From Callorhinchus milii (lineage: Eukaryota): a stretch of DNA of 64,000 nt. The stretch lies in NCBI RefSeq assembly GCF_018977255.1, contig NW_024704743.1:24366001-24430000 (forward strand), read 5' to 3'. The translations under genes and the position numbers were made by a program. The notes under the pieces are model-generated. The model made no database searches, was not told where the DNA came from, and saw nothing but the letters and a program-made list of their open reading frames with translations. Shown here piece after piece: positions 25,161 through 37,784 of the stretch; the first letter of the stretch is position 1, and the number at the start of each line of letters is the position of its first letter.

Positions 25161-25679
25161 GAAGCCAAGTGGAAAGAATCTTTGCCCTCAGTGACTTCTC
25201 TGCTCCTTCATGTCCAGGTGATGAGCCAGGCCATCATTAAGCTGGGCCCCAGGGAGACCATTGTAACCATCCTCCCACCTACCCCAGATGATAGTCTTTA
25301 GCTGGTCATTAGACATCCGACAAGCACAGGTTTCAACTCACACCGGATTGATAATAGAACCCCTTGTAAAACTCTTGGCGAGCAGCATATCCCAGTGTAA
25401 CAGGTATGAAAAAAGTAGCCACAATCTTTCTGCCCACAGGAGGAAGTGCTGAACTTCAGCAGCAGCTGCTTACTTTTGCAAACAAATCATGGATAATACC
25501 AAGGCCTGGATATGAATGTGTGTTCTTGAACTCAGATTCCGAACATATACACACCCACAAAGATATGTATACATGTATATATTTGTGGGATTATACATAT
25601 GTATATGTAGATACTGTAAAAGACTTATACCAGCAGTAATTCCAAGTTTCAGAACTGCCTCTTCAGTTATTTGTAATAA

Positions 25680-26051
25680 AATAATAATAATAATAATCAA
25701 CCTTGCATTTGATATAGCGCTTTTCACATCTTCTAGACATCTCAAAGCACTTCACAGATTACACGGTAGAGTGAATTGACTGTATATTTGTGGGCGAAAC
25801 ACGGCAGCCAATTGCGCACAGCAGTGTCCCACAAACAGTCCTGGATTGAGTGACCAAATTATTATTGTTTTGTTTTAAGGATTATTATCCCCAGAAAAGT
25901 GATCCAACAATCAACTATTAACCAGATTCTTACTTACTGTTAGGTAAACAGAAGTGTGTGTGGTAAGGAAACTTGCCCAACATTTCACGCTGCCGGGAAT
26001 CAAATCCAGGTCTCTCACTTCCGAGGCTCTAACCACTGAGCTACAGGACCC
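25680..26051 (-). mobile_element. tRNA-SINE, long variant
   Basis: Same architecture, includes tacttactgttaggtaaacaga module and head ..ctaaccactgagctacagga. Confidence 0.9.
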
Positions 26052-26099
26052 CACAATATTTACGCTAGTCTCAGACAGTATCAAACCTGTTACAGAAAA

Positions 26100-26330
26100 G
26101 AAGATGCAAAATGTTATTATCCCATTACAGAATACAACAGACCCGGCCCCTTGTGGTTGGGGGGTTACCTCTATGCACTCCACTTTAGTGAAGGGATCAA
26201 GGCTTTCCTGCCTCGGGGTTCTGATGGCCTTTGCAAGGTGCAGTTACAAGTAGGGTCTTGTACCCCTCCTCCCTAGCCCTCCCCTCTTAGTGGGTAGTGG
26301 GGACAGGTTCGCAGCACGCAGGTTGTGCAG
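26100..26330 (+). repeat. Unclassified dispersed repeat R2
   Basis: Reverse-complement homolog at 58783-59016 (atgttattatccc.ttacagaa..cagacc.ggccccttgtgg..ctccacttt.gtgaaggga..cctcggggttctg..cagttacaa..gtcttgtacccc..ccctcttagtggg). Confidence 0.75.
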
Positions 26331-26679
26331 CCTCTGCTTCCAAGGTGATGAACAACAGTCCAGTATAGGCCCCTACTTCCTGCAGCCCTTTTCCCTTTTT
26401 ATCAAAAATTATTGTGACATGCTGCACATTCTATTTATTGTATTCTAACAAGTGGTCTCCAGACACTTACCACTTGGCCAAGGCTTATCTTATTGATCAG
26501 TCATGAAAACAATGCCATGTGACTTTCCAAATTGTCTTTGAGAAATCCATCTCTAAAAAATGTCTGGCACCAAGATAAATTCATCCTCTTTGCACTGAAG
26601 TAATCAGTGAGTAATAGGGCTGCAGAGAAAAAGAGATGACATCAAGCTGTGCATAAGAATTGCTGTCCCACCTCCGATT

Positions 26680-27021
26680 GGCTGCATGCCAAAACCCTTA
26701 GAGGAGGAGTGGATCTAGCTGGACTAGCAGCAGGAAAGCTTGCCAGACAAGGCTTTCAATGGCAAGCTATGTGGTTAGACTACAACAGTACCCCACCGCA
26801 CACTTTGGGGTCCTCAAGCCTTGGCTCTCACCGGCTTGTGTCAAATATTCACTGGAATTAAAGAAGCAGGATACGCCCCTCCGTGGAGAGAATGCGCATC
26901 CCATTCCAATACACAGGAATTGCCAAGCGTAGATGGGATGTATGGAATTCTCAGGATGTTTTGGATACACTTAAACATGGTAATGGGTTTCCATATGTGT
27001 CAGACACCTGGTTGACCCCCA
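26680..27021 (+). repeat. Unclassified dispersed repeat R1
   Basis: Collinear with 54270-54632: tcaatggcaagctatgtggtt, ttggctct, tgcgcat.ccattccaa, gtagatgggatg.atggaattctc, cagacacc. Confidence 0.8.
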
Positions 27022-27499
27022 AAAAGTGTGCACAATCTGCCTCCACCAACTCCTGTATTCTACTTATAAAATATTCACCATTCTCTGTGTAAAATAATGA
27101 AATCTGAATTTTTACATGTTTAACACCCCAATATAAGAAAAGTTACAAATCACTCAATTTGTAGACACAATACAACCTCATGGATAAAATAGAAATGTGG
27201 TCTCATGTGTGCCTTTATTCTTCCTCTCATATGAAGGGTGTCTCTTGCAGTGTAAAAAGCAACAACCCTGTAGTAACTAGCTGAACCAGCCATTCTTAAG
27301 ACATGAAAAAATATTACAGTACATCTGGGCAAATCCAAGGTAATAAAAAATATGCTTACACTAACTACCCTGTCTTTTATGCCCTCAGCTGATTTGTTCA
27401 ATAAAGGTATAATTTTCACTTGCATATTGTGCCAGTAGCCCCTCCAGCATGCACAGTAATGATACTATTGGCGATACCAACAGCATTTGGTTTTGAAAA

Positions 27500-27585
27500 T
27501 GCAGAAACCCATTACCATGCTTAAGAGTATCTAAACCAGTCTGAGAGTTCCACATATGTATGTCAACTACGCACAGAAATGTCCT
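27500..27585 (-). repeat. Fragment of repeat R1
   Basis: gaaacccattaccatgcttaagagtatctaaacc is the reverse complement of the R1 3' end. Confidence 0.6.
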
Positions 27586-27865
27586 TGTATCTTGAACGTA
27601 ATGTGCGCTCTCTCCCTCAAGTCAACTGGTAAATGTTCCATTAATACAAAGCTTCAACTTTCTTTGAAAGTCTGGCATGCAGAACTTAATCAAATACTGT
27701 ACCATCTGGAAAGTAAGTTTCATTCACTAGATGGCTCTTGTACATCAGTTTAATTACTTCTCATTACTCTTAACAAATGAAGAACTGCTTTTCGCATAAA
27801 AGACAAGAGATGACTTCCTGACCATATTTATTGATCTCCACTAGAGACAAATATAATGCCATACA

Positions 27866-27992
27866 AATTGGATTTGTATAGCCCCTTTCACGTTGGGAGA
27901 ACATCCCAAGGCACTGGACAGTCAGGGATTTGGACCCAAGCTGGCAGTCAGGATCAGGGAGGGTGGAAGGCAGGGAGGGTAGGAGGGTGGTT
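27866..27992 (-). mobile_element. L2 3' tail
   Basis: tttgtatagcccctttcacgttgggagaacatcccaaggcactggacagtcag, as at 44700-44800. Confidence 0.7.
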
Positions 27993-29382
27993 GAAGAATT
28001 GCTGCTCCGATATAACGTCATGCGAAATATACTCTGGGAAGTATGAACGATGTTTGTACTGCCACCCAGCATCTCAAAAATATTAGAGCGGGTGACATTG
28101 GTCACATTCTTTCTCCAAACTTTCCTAGGATTTGCCAGCAGTGAATGGAGGATGCAGAAAGGGGTGTGCAATCATCTAACATTTTAATAAAACATAAATA
28201 AATAAAATGTTGATTATCCTGCTAGAAATATGTGGGTTTATTAAAATACCTATGATCATACTTAATAATATTCCTTGCATTTGATATAGGGCCTTTTCAC
28301 GTCACTGAGACACCTCAGAGCGCTTCACAGAATATATTGTAAAGTGGATTTTGTGGTAAGAATATGGTTAAACCTTATTTTATTTTTACAAGTAAATCTC
28401 TTGGCAGCAAATGACTTTCTCTTTCTAAGAATTGCCGTGCCCTTCAATGCCAAAATGGTAACATTACCCAATCTTCAACATTCCAGTCTTTTAGAGTTTC
28501 CAATAATGAAGGGTTTTCACATTCTCTCGGGTAGATGATCATTACAAAACTGCAGGGGTGAAACACTTCAGCTCAAAATGCTAGGATTCCACAGTGCGAA
28601 GAGTAAAGTTCACCTGAATTATTCACTGACTCTTGTGTGGGGTAATGTTTTCACTAACCAGGTTTTTGCACATTCCCAGAAGCATAAACTGTGTAAATAG
28701 AACAGCAGATGCTTAAAGGCAGGAGTGTTTGATCATGACAGATTGTAAACAGCAGGTGCTTCAAAGCCCCAGGTAACCCTCAACACTCTGCACAGATAAT
28801 GTACCATCTCTTCGCCACAATAAGACTGTCAGAGATGCAGTTCCTTCCATAAGTATATTTACTCTGCTGTGCCCATACCAGATATTTTATTTCAATTTAA
28901 AATAATCAGAATTCACCTTGAAAACTGCTATGTTTTAATTTTCAGATTTTTTTTTGCAAATTTTTCCTTTCCATCTCCTTTATAATTATTCCATGCCATG
29001 CACAATTAGCTTGACCAGGAGGTGAGCAAGCAACCTGTTCTCAGCTCTCTATCAGTGGTGCCCTTACAGAATGCTAGGAGGTGAGCTAAGTGGTCTTGGT
29101 TCATTTACCTTCCAATTTTCTTTCTCTGTTGGGAAGTCATTTTCTTTTTCACCACTGCCCCTCCTTTCACTGCCTCCTCTACTCTCCTTTTATTTTACTC
29201 ATTAATTCCACCTGTATATAACAGTGCTGCTTCCAATGCAGCCATACCAGCTAAGTACATTTTGTTCCTCAATAATAATCTTTGCATTTGATAAACCGCC
29301 TTTCACGTCAGGAGGATGGCTTCACCTGCTTTCTTGTAAAGTGTAGTTACTGCGTATTTTCTAGACAAACAATAGAATTTAT

Positions 29383-29730
29383 GGAGTCCTGTAGTGTATT
29401 GATTGGAACGTTTACCTCACAAGCGTTAGGACCTCAGATTGATTTCAGGGCAAGGTGAAACTTTAGGTAAGTTTCCTTACTCCATACGCCTCTGTTTACC
29501 CAGCAGTAAGTAGGATCCTGGTTGTTAGTCGATTGGTGGATCGCTTTACTGGGGGTAATAATCCCTTCCAAAAAAATAATGAAAAATATTAATTTGGTCA
29601 CTCAATCCACGACTGTTTGTGGGACACTGCTTTGCGCAATTGACTACTGTGTTTCACCCACAAAATGTACAGTCAATTTCCTTTACAGTATATTCTGTGA
29701 AGCGCTTTGAGACATCTCGATAATGTGATT
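29383..29730 (+). mobile_element. tRNA-SINE, long variant
   Basis: ggagtcctgtag head; 65-bp module at 29491-29555; Deu-like 3' half. Confidence 0.88.
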
Positions 29731-29734
29731 AGAA

Positions 29735-30205
29735 TCTATATCCTCCGCAAGGTCGCCCAGCTCTGCCATTGCCTCACCCCTCAGGCCACCAAAACCCTCA
29801 TTCATGCGTTCATCACATCTAGGCTCGACTACACCAACTCCCTGCTTGTCAGCCTTCCCAACTCTCCCCTCCACAAGCTGCAGATGATCCAGAACTCTGC
29901 AACTCGTGTCTTCTCCCGCATCACCCTCCACGACTCCATCACACCCTCCCAGCTCCACTGGCTCTTCCCCAGAGGATAGAGTTCCTGCCTATGTGAATTG
30001 CTAACCCCTTATGAACCTGTCCGCTCCCTCCGCTCAGCAGGCTCCGACCTGCTCCACGTTTCCCGCCCAGCCCGCCCCACCACCAGCTGTTGTGCCTTCA
30101 GCCTCTCTGTCCCCACCCTTTGGAACTCCAACGCACAATCCCTTCGCCTTGCTCCCTCCATTGCCTCCTTCAAGACTCTCTTCTTCAACTGCGCCTTCGG
30201 CCAGC
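29735..30205 (+). mobile_element. L2 LINE ORF2 fragment
   Basis: Peptide ATKTLIHAFITSRLDYTNSLLVSLP..LQMIQNSATR..LHW; PVRSLRSAGSDLLHV..AFSLSVPTLWNS. Confidence 0.9.
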
Positions 30206-31589
30206 TTCCTTTGATTTCTTGGATACTAAAGATATAATAGAAAGAGAAGGGAGTTTTTTATGGACTCCTGGCTAACATTCCTCTGGATCAACTGATGATT
30301 CACCTCATAGCTGTTTGTATGAGCTTCCTGGAACAAATAACTGCACTTGACAGTATTTACTCATTGCATTACAGGAACCTATAAAAGTCCAAATTCTTTT
30401 ATCTAGTAAAAAAGTAATATTTTAGCACTTGATAGACTCTTATAGCATGTTTCAGTTACCTTTCACAACTCAGTATCCATATTTTTTCATGTCTCAGCGA
30501 GATTATTTCAGCGTTATGCTAATTCAGTGCTGCTCAACTCATCTTTAAGCAATATCATTAAGGATATCTTCAAGCAATCTGAACCTTTAACAAATCAAAG
30601 GGTTACATTGGAATAAAACAGTGTAACCTGCAACTGTATTTTGTTATTAGTTTTATGCAGTCATTTCCATTCAGTGTATAAATTCTGTAAAGCACTAAGA
30701 CTGTCTATATAAATGCAATGGATTTAGTATTGGACAATAAACTTTTTCTCGCCTTAATGGTGTTTCATCATTATTATCTTTCAATCACTTGTCCACAGGG
30801 ACATTAAGTGAACAGCTGGTTGTTCAAAATGTGATGCTGAACAAAAGACTGTTTTAATTGAAAGCAGCCATTTTCTGATGTCTCCTGTGACTTTTAAATC
30901 CGTATTTTAACATTTTTAAAAAAACACAGATGTTCTGTGCAATAGCACCTTAACCTTTTAAGGACTCTTTGTGCATTTCCATATTCAAATGCTGAAAAAC
31001 GTATTATTTTTTTAAAAAATCTGTGGAGTATATTGCTAACAATGAAATATTGTTTCATTTCCCAAGTACAACTTATACATTAATGACTGATAAGATCTGA
31101 GTAGATAGGGTTTTTTTTTACAAATACTAAAACAATCACTTGGTGGGAAAAATTCCAAACAATGCACATCTTTCAATATAGGACATAACATAATAAAATG
31201 TTACCCTATTGCTTAAGATGCGCTGCCTTTGCAATATGTAATAATAATCCTTGCATTTGATATAGCGCCTGATCATGATTTAAGAGATGTCTCAAAGCCC
31301 TTCACAGAATATACTGTAAAGTGAATTGACTGTATATTTTGTGGGCAAAACACCAAGTGTTTGCTAAAGCACAGCATGTAAGTGGCAGAACAAATACTTG
31401 TATGGCCCAAACTTGTTAATGTTCTACTAATGCTTCTTCTAGCATAACGCCATTATAAAAATGGAACAAAAAATTATTTATTTCAGCAATCAGCATTATG
31501 ATAGCGACTAGTGTCCTTTATAGAGACTGGTGCAACATCATAGTGGACCTATAGCAAGACCATTATTTTTAGTAATAAATGTTTGATAG

Positions 31590-31745
31590 ACCAGAAAGAA
31601 TGAAATAGATTGTATAGCCCAAAAACAACCCCAACTAGTCTGTGCTGGAGTTTGTACACCATATGAATCTCTGTCCATCCTGATTTCCTGTCCCTCTCCA
31701 ATACTCCTCTATTCCCTCCTCTTTCCTATATGCATCAAGATTCAA
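31590..31745 (-). mobile_element. Diverged CR1-like 3' end
   Basis: cccaactagtctgtgctggagtttgtacaccat..ctcctctattccc, similar to 60070-60170. Confidence 0.4.
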
Positions 31746-32274
31746 ATTCTAGGAATGATTGGATACATGAGTAAAGAGTTCTGCCCAGCTGTAATGTACA
31801 ATTTTTTGAGCCAAACATTACTGCATGAAAATTGTGCAGAACTGCAGCCAATGCAAGGGGTAGTGGAGTAAATCATAGCTCCATTAATAACCAAAGACAG
31901 AGCGTTTTTTTGGGGAACCTGGATCTATGTCAGGCCAGGTACAGTGTTATTAATGAGAATTTGGATTAACGTTGTAAACCTCTGCCTCGCTTTCCAAATG
32001 ACGTTTAAAAGCATATCTCTGCATTGTTAATAAAAATTGCACATGTGCTTCCTATTTCTACTTTTCAGACTCATAGCCATCTCTAGTTTGAAGAAGAATT
32101 CAACCTGTACCTGCAACAGCACAAGCGGCATTGCCAGCAGCATATGTGAGGAGCCTCATTTTCCAGAAAGAAAATTAAGAGGAAGGATGAAGAGAGAGGA
32201 TGACCTAGGGGAATAATGGCTGGTTGCCAACAGCAATTTACATTTATGTAATATCCTTCATGTAGGATATTTGC

Positions 32275-32492
32275 TTTCACCCACTACGTCCCCAAAACTG
32301 GAACTCTCTGCGTCAATCCCTCCACCTTGCGCGCTCCTTGCCAATTTTCAGATCACACCTAAAGACTTTTCTCTTCGACTGTACCTACAGTCACTTACCC
32401 TCTCTTCCCGGCTCAGTGCCAAGCTCCACCACACTTAAGTGCTCCAAGTCGCTACCCCGAATGAAGGGTGCTATAGAAATGCAAGTTGTCGT
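32275..32492 (+). mobile_element. L2 3' end
   Basis: Peptide FRSHLKTFLFD; tail gaagggtgctatagaaatgcaagttgtcgtt. Confidence 0.8.
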
Positions 32493-32859
32493 TAGTGGTT
32501 TTAAGGTGGCATTTAAAGACAAGTAAGGGAGGGGTGAGACAAAGGGGTAGAGGGATTGAGTTTCAGAGATGTGCATCATGCTGACAGGCACAAATATACT
32601 TCACGCAGTCTCCTACAGTGCGTGATAGATAGGAATTCCCACCGATAATAATAATTCTTGTATTTGATATAGCGCCTTATCACATCTTCGAGAAGTCTCA
32701 AAGCGCTTCACAGAAGATACTGTAAAGTGAATTAACTTTATATTTTGTGGGCGAAACGATTGGTGTGACACACAGCCAGTTACTTGCAGGAGTTGCTATT
32801 TGCAACTTTGAGTGGCTATTTGCCAATTGAGGTTGCAAATTCTACAATTGCAACCACAA

Positions 32860-33185
32860 TAATTAAAGGGGTGGGGGGTAGTAATCTAATCAACTTCATC
32901 ACTGGGTTTGTAGATTTGGGGACAGACCTGGATTTCATGGGGAGCAAGGGAGTTGAGAGTTGCAGAGAGGCAATCGTTTAGCAAATTGTTCAGGCTGTAT
33001 CAGGATCCCTGCGGGTGTAAGTCCAGAGGGAGAAGAGATCTGTGGAAGAGAGGGATCATGATTCAAGGGAGGGAATTGGGTGAAAGCTCTTTCCAAGATC
33101 GGAAAATGATGGTTGGAGGGCTTGGAAGAGGGGAGAGGGATGTGGGAGGAGAGGAAGATGAGGAAATGGTCTGAGATGGCCTTAA
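32860..33185 (-). mobile_element. Old L2 ORF2 fragment (end of the endonuclease domain)
   Basis: Minus strand reads AISDHFLIFLSSHIPLP.., then RSWKELSPNSL after a frameshift; SDH is the conserved APE endonuclease motif. Confidence 0.6.
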
Positions 33186-33599
33186 TGAAAGTTAACTTTC
33201 AAGTGGACAATGTAAATACTATAGTTTACTGAACAGACAAGAAGAATTGCCAAGTGTCTAGAGTATCTTAAATTCTGGCTGCTTTAATCATACGTGCAGC
33301 CAGCTTTCAACGTCAATATGGACCTGTTTCAGAGAATGCAGGTCCCAATATTGTGTATATAGAAAAAGTTCAAGTTAAGAAATATCTCTGTGATCAAAGT
33401 TTTATTGACAATTTCCACCTAAGGCGTATAAAATAATGCAGCACAAAAGGAACCTGCACTTGAAAGCCATGCTGGTGTGACAAATTTAGTTCATGTTCTC
33501 CTAATATTTCATAACAATTAGCAGAAAATTTATAAACTGAAGATTTTCCACTTTGTTACGGTCATTAAACAAAACACCATCTGAAGCTCAATAAGACAG

Positions 33600-33797
33600 T
33601 GCCTCCTTCAAGATCCATCTCAAAACCCCCCACCTCTTCGACCACGCCTTCGATCAACCTCCGTCCCCCCCCTGGCCTTCACCCTCCCCAATCCCAACCC
33701 CCACCTTGGGTCCAAAAACGCTAATTATCCAGCGCCTTAGGACATCCTCCTGACATGAAAGGCGCAATGCAAATGTAATTTTGTTGTTGTTGTTGTT
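33600..33797 (+). mobile_element. L2 3' tail
   Basis: gcctccttcaagatccatctcaaaacc..ccagcgccttaggacatcctcctgacatgaaaggcgc..(TTG)n. Confidence 0.75.
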
Positions 33798-35689
33798 GAG
33801 GCTTGCCATTTTGCTTCTCTTACTAATGTACCAAAAAATAGCAGAGTTATTCAAACGTTTGCTTTATGGCACTCTGGCCACACTTTTAACTTCCTGTGAT
33901 AACTGTTAAAATGCTGCATATGCTAGCTATCAGCCTTATCAGTGAGAATTTCGGTTTGAAGGAAAACATCCTTTCAGACACTGATTAATTTCACATGAAC
34001 TTTAGTATTTGCTAAACGGGATTAAATGGGAAAATAAATATTTTGATATCCATAGGCGCACTCCTATAGAGGAGTTTGATATGCACTAATCTTCTGATTC
34101 TTATGTGAACTCATTTTTCTGTTGTGTCGAATGCTCTTGGAAGCAAAAGAAATCCCGGTTCAATCAAGTATTGTTAGTTTTGTCCCATGCAAGTGCACCT
34201 CCTAGTGGCTGAGTTATGGAGTGGCATACAACTTGAAGGATCTGCCTTTTATGGAAGAGACACGCAACACAGAATGCGACTGAAAGAAGGAAACAGACAG
34301 AAACTAACATAAAACGTACCTTTAATATAGATAGACATTTATGTAAAGGTTTGAGAGTTTGTATATCGTCAGTATTAAGAACTAAAATAGAATAGAATTT
34401 CATAAGCACTTGCAAAATACCGAATATAATGAATGCCCTTCAATTTCTCAAATCTTTCAACTCTGAAAATAATGAAAGTTCTGATTCAGATTATTGCAAG
34501 TTATGCTAATGCACAAGTTGATGTTAAGTTTCGGAAAGAACCACAGAATGCACTGCTGAATGCACGAACTGAACTTTGCACAGGGCAGAGTTTTCTGGAG
34601 CAAATCAGCCTCATCCTGGCTAAAAGGTTTGACCTGTTGTGAAGTTACTAAAGCTCCAACAAATGTGACTTATATTGAAAACAGTAATAACTTCTTCTTT
34701 TCATTTCAAGCCAAATGATAATGCAAAGTCTGTTGCATTTTTGAAAAATTCAACAAACAAGCTTTAGTGAAAAAGTGAATTACATTAAAATGAAACAATA
34801 AGCAGCAAAAGGGTGGAAATTAATAAGAATTAAGAATTAAGAACAGTGCACTGGTAAGAATTGTGAGGGCCATGGTTTCTGTCTCCAATACATGTATGGA
34901 CTATTTGATATTAACTTAGCTTCGGTACAGACAGAATGGTCACTTATTATGCCGGTGAGACACTTATGGTGGGAATTAGGGACAAATATCTGTTCAAGTA
35001 GCAAACCTTTTTGTGAAGTGCTTTGAGACATCTCATTGATGTGATAAGGCACTATATCAAATACAAGGGGAAGAACATTAAACAATACTGTAATTATACA
35101 GAATAATTTCAAACCCTAATTTGTACCAGTGAGAGGAGGTGTGTGCATGGGGCAGAGAAAAATGATTATGAAAAATTCATACGAAGTTCCGGATGTCATT
35201 AGACAAGAAAGGTAATTAAAGTAATATTCAGTGCAAAAATTATCAGTAAACAAAACACTATTCATTAGTTGGTTTGTTAAGGAGTCAGCAGTCATTTGTT
35301 TTGAGTGGCACTTGACATTAACCAGGGTTACTGATTGATAATCATTAAACAAGGCCTCAGTCACTTTAATTAAATTGAATCCAAATTAAAGAGTGTTATG
35401 TGCAATGCTTAGTTGATGGCCTGATCTACTTACATGTCTGATCCCAAAATCGGAACTAGTTTCACTTCAAATCTGGCCAGTTTAAATAGCAAAACAAAAA
35501 TAGTTCACAATGCTTATTTACATTAGTTTGGTTAGAGATACCACCACAATGACTTGTACCACACCGTTAAAGAGCTCTATGTGGACTTTTAAAAACATGA
35601 CTAATACAAAACATAATTGCTACAGCCACAAAATAACTACAGAACTTGAAGCAATAAAATCAATATACCCTTAGCGGTGGCTTTATTCC

Positions 35690-35940
35690 CTTTAGCAGTA
35701 AGCAGGAACCCTGTTGTTAGTCGATTGGTGGATTGCTTTTCGGGGGTAATAATCCCCCCCAAAAAATTAAAAAATTGATGATTCAATCCACGAATCTTTT
35801 TGGGATGCTGCGGCATGCAATTGGCTGCAGCGTTTCGCTCATAAAATATTCAGTCAATCCACTCTACAATATATTTTGTTAAGAGCTTTGAGACGTATCA
35901 ACGACGTGATAAGGTGTTATGTCAAATTCAAGGATTATAA
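35690..35940 (+). mobile_element. tRNA-SINE long variant, 5'-truncated
   Basis: Starts within the module agcagtaagcaggaaccctgttgttagtcgattggtgga and runs to the tail. Confidence 0.8.
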
Positions 35941-36592
35941 ATATATTGACACAAATTCAAACAAATTCGTACAGTATATTGACTTTAACCCTGTCTTAAC
36001 TTCTTTGTAATGTACTTTTAAAGTATTCCTATATTGTCTTGCATAACTCATTGTTTTAGCACACTAAGCCATTGAAATACTGTAGCATTATAATGTGATT
36101 TGTAAAAAAAATGTAATTCCTATGCTTGCCCAATGCAATCATTAACCAGTGTCAGCAATTAGATGTTGTGCATTATATGCACAATGTTACTATGCACCAC
36201 AATTTCATTAACATTATTAACATAAAAACACAAATATAAAATCCTTAGCACTAGATCAAAGTTGACAGTATAACCTCTCATTTCCACAAGATGAATTTGA
36301 AATTTGTTTGATTTGTCTTGAGTCACAAACTCACATGCACAAAAATGATATTCAGAGTACGGTACTTCTGAAACTTTACATTAACTGTTGTACAATCTTA
36401 CACTAGAGGGAGCAAATTCTTCGATAACAAGGAATAATTTTCTAGCCATACAAAACTACAATCATCACATTCCATTGCTGGGAGCTAATCCACTTCCCTT
36501 CTGACAATAGAGCAAAGTGGTGCAGGAAGCCTGATAATACTGTCCGTTCCATGTTTCTTAGCATTGTGGCCAATTTTGTCATTCTGTGTGTG

Positions 36593-37093
36593 CTTCGCGA
36601 TCACATTACTCCCACCCTCGCTCGCCTCCACTGGCTCCCCATCCCCCAGAGGATCGAATTCAAGATCCTCATCCTCGCCTACAAGGCCATTCCTGGCCTT
36701 GCTCCCTCCTACCTCTCTGACCTACTATCCCCCTACCTACCTGCCCGTACCCTCCGTTCCTCTGGCTCCGGTCTGCTCCACATCCCCCGACCCAACCACC
36801 CTATCATCGGTGGCCGGGCCTTCAGCCTCTCAGCCCCCAGGCTCTGGAACTCCATCCCCCAGTGCCTTCACCGCTTCCTCCCTTTCCTCCTTCAAGGCCG
36901 GTCTCAAGACCTTCCTCTTTGACCGTGCCTTCAGCTCCCCTCTCGACTCTCTAACCCCTCCTCGCTCCCTCCCTTCCCTCCCCTCACCCTGACCATTTTC
37001 CCCCTGCTCGGGTCCCGACCCAACTGTACAGCACCTTGGGACGTCCTCCCGACGTGAAAGGCACTCTATAAATAGAATCTTGTTGTTGTTGCT
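36593..37093 (+). mobile_element. Young L2 LINE 3' end
   Basis: Peptide RDHITPTLARLHWLPIPQRIEFKILILAYKA..LAPSYLSDLL..RAFSLSAPRLWNSIP; CpGs retained; (TTG)n tail. Confidence 0.93.
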
Positions 37094-37267
37094 GATTCCC
37101 TACCCCAAAGAGTTTTGCTTTTTCCAACCTGTACAAGCGTGAATGAGGGGAAGGCTGAAAGAAGATCTGCACAGACAGAAGATTTCATTGCATTGCCTGC
37201 ACTTTATAGCTGTGATGCACTCTGAGATGTTTTAATGTTATAGGTGCTAGATTTTTTTTATCAAATG

Positions 37268-37700
37268 CAACAACTTGTGTTTATATAGTGCCCTTTAAGT
37301 GGGATAACATCTCAGAGCGCTTCACATTGGCGAATCGGCTGAGCAAGGAAGGAGGAGGAGGCATTGTTGACAAAGTAGGTCTTATGGTGGGATTGAAAAG
37401 CAGATAGAGAAGATAATTAAGGAGAGATAATTAAAGGTTATGGGTCTAACGACTGAAGGCTTGACCATGAGCGTGGAGGACATGGGGGACACACAGCAGG
37501 AATGTGTAAATTGAGCAGAGGAGGCGAACAGAAGATTGAGTTATAAGCAAATCAAAGAGATAAGGAGGTGCTCAAGAGATTTACATGTTGTAGGTGAGGA
37601 CCTTGAAGTCAATCCATTTAGAGCCAGCGAGCCAAATGAGGATTGGATGTGTGAAGTTTGGTTCAGGTGAGGAGACAGACAGTGAGTTTGGATTAGCTGG
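37268..37700 (-). mobile_element. Old L2 3' end
   Basis: caacaacttgtgtttatatagtgccc tail; gtgaggaccttgaagtcaatcc..gagccag encodes WL..IDFKVL on the minus strand. Confidence 0.55.
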
Positions 37701-37784
37701 ATATTATTATTATAATACAGAGATTATTATTATTATAAAAATATATAAATATGATATTGCTTTGAGCTCATAGTCAGGGGAGAT

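Noticed and set aside
28440-28552. Minus-strand pseudo-exon ending LKDWNVEDW, like a SAM-domain start
   Set aside because: Too short, with no partner exons identified
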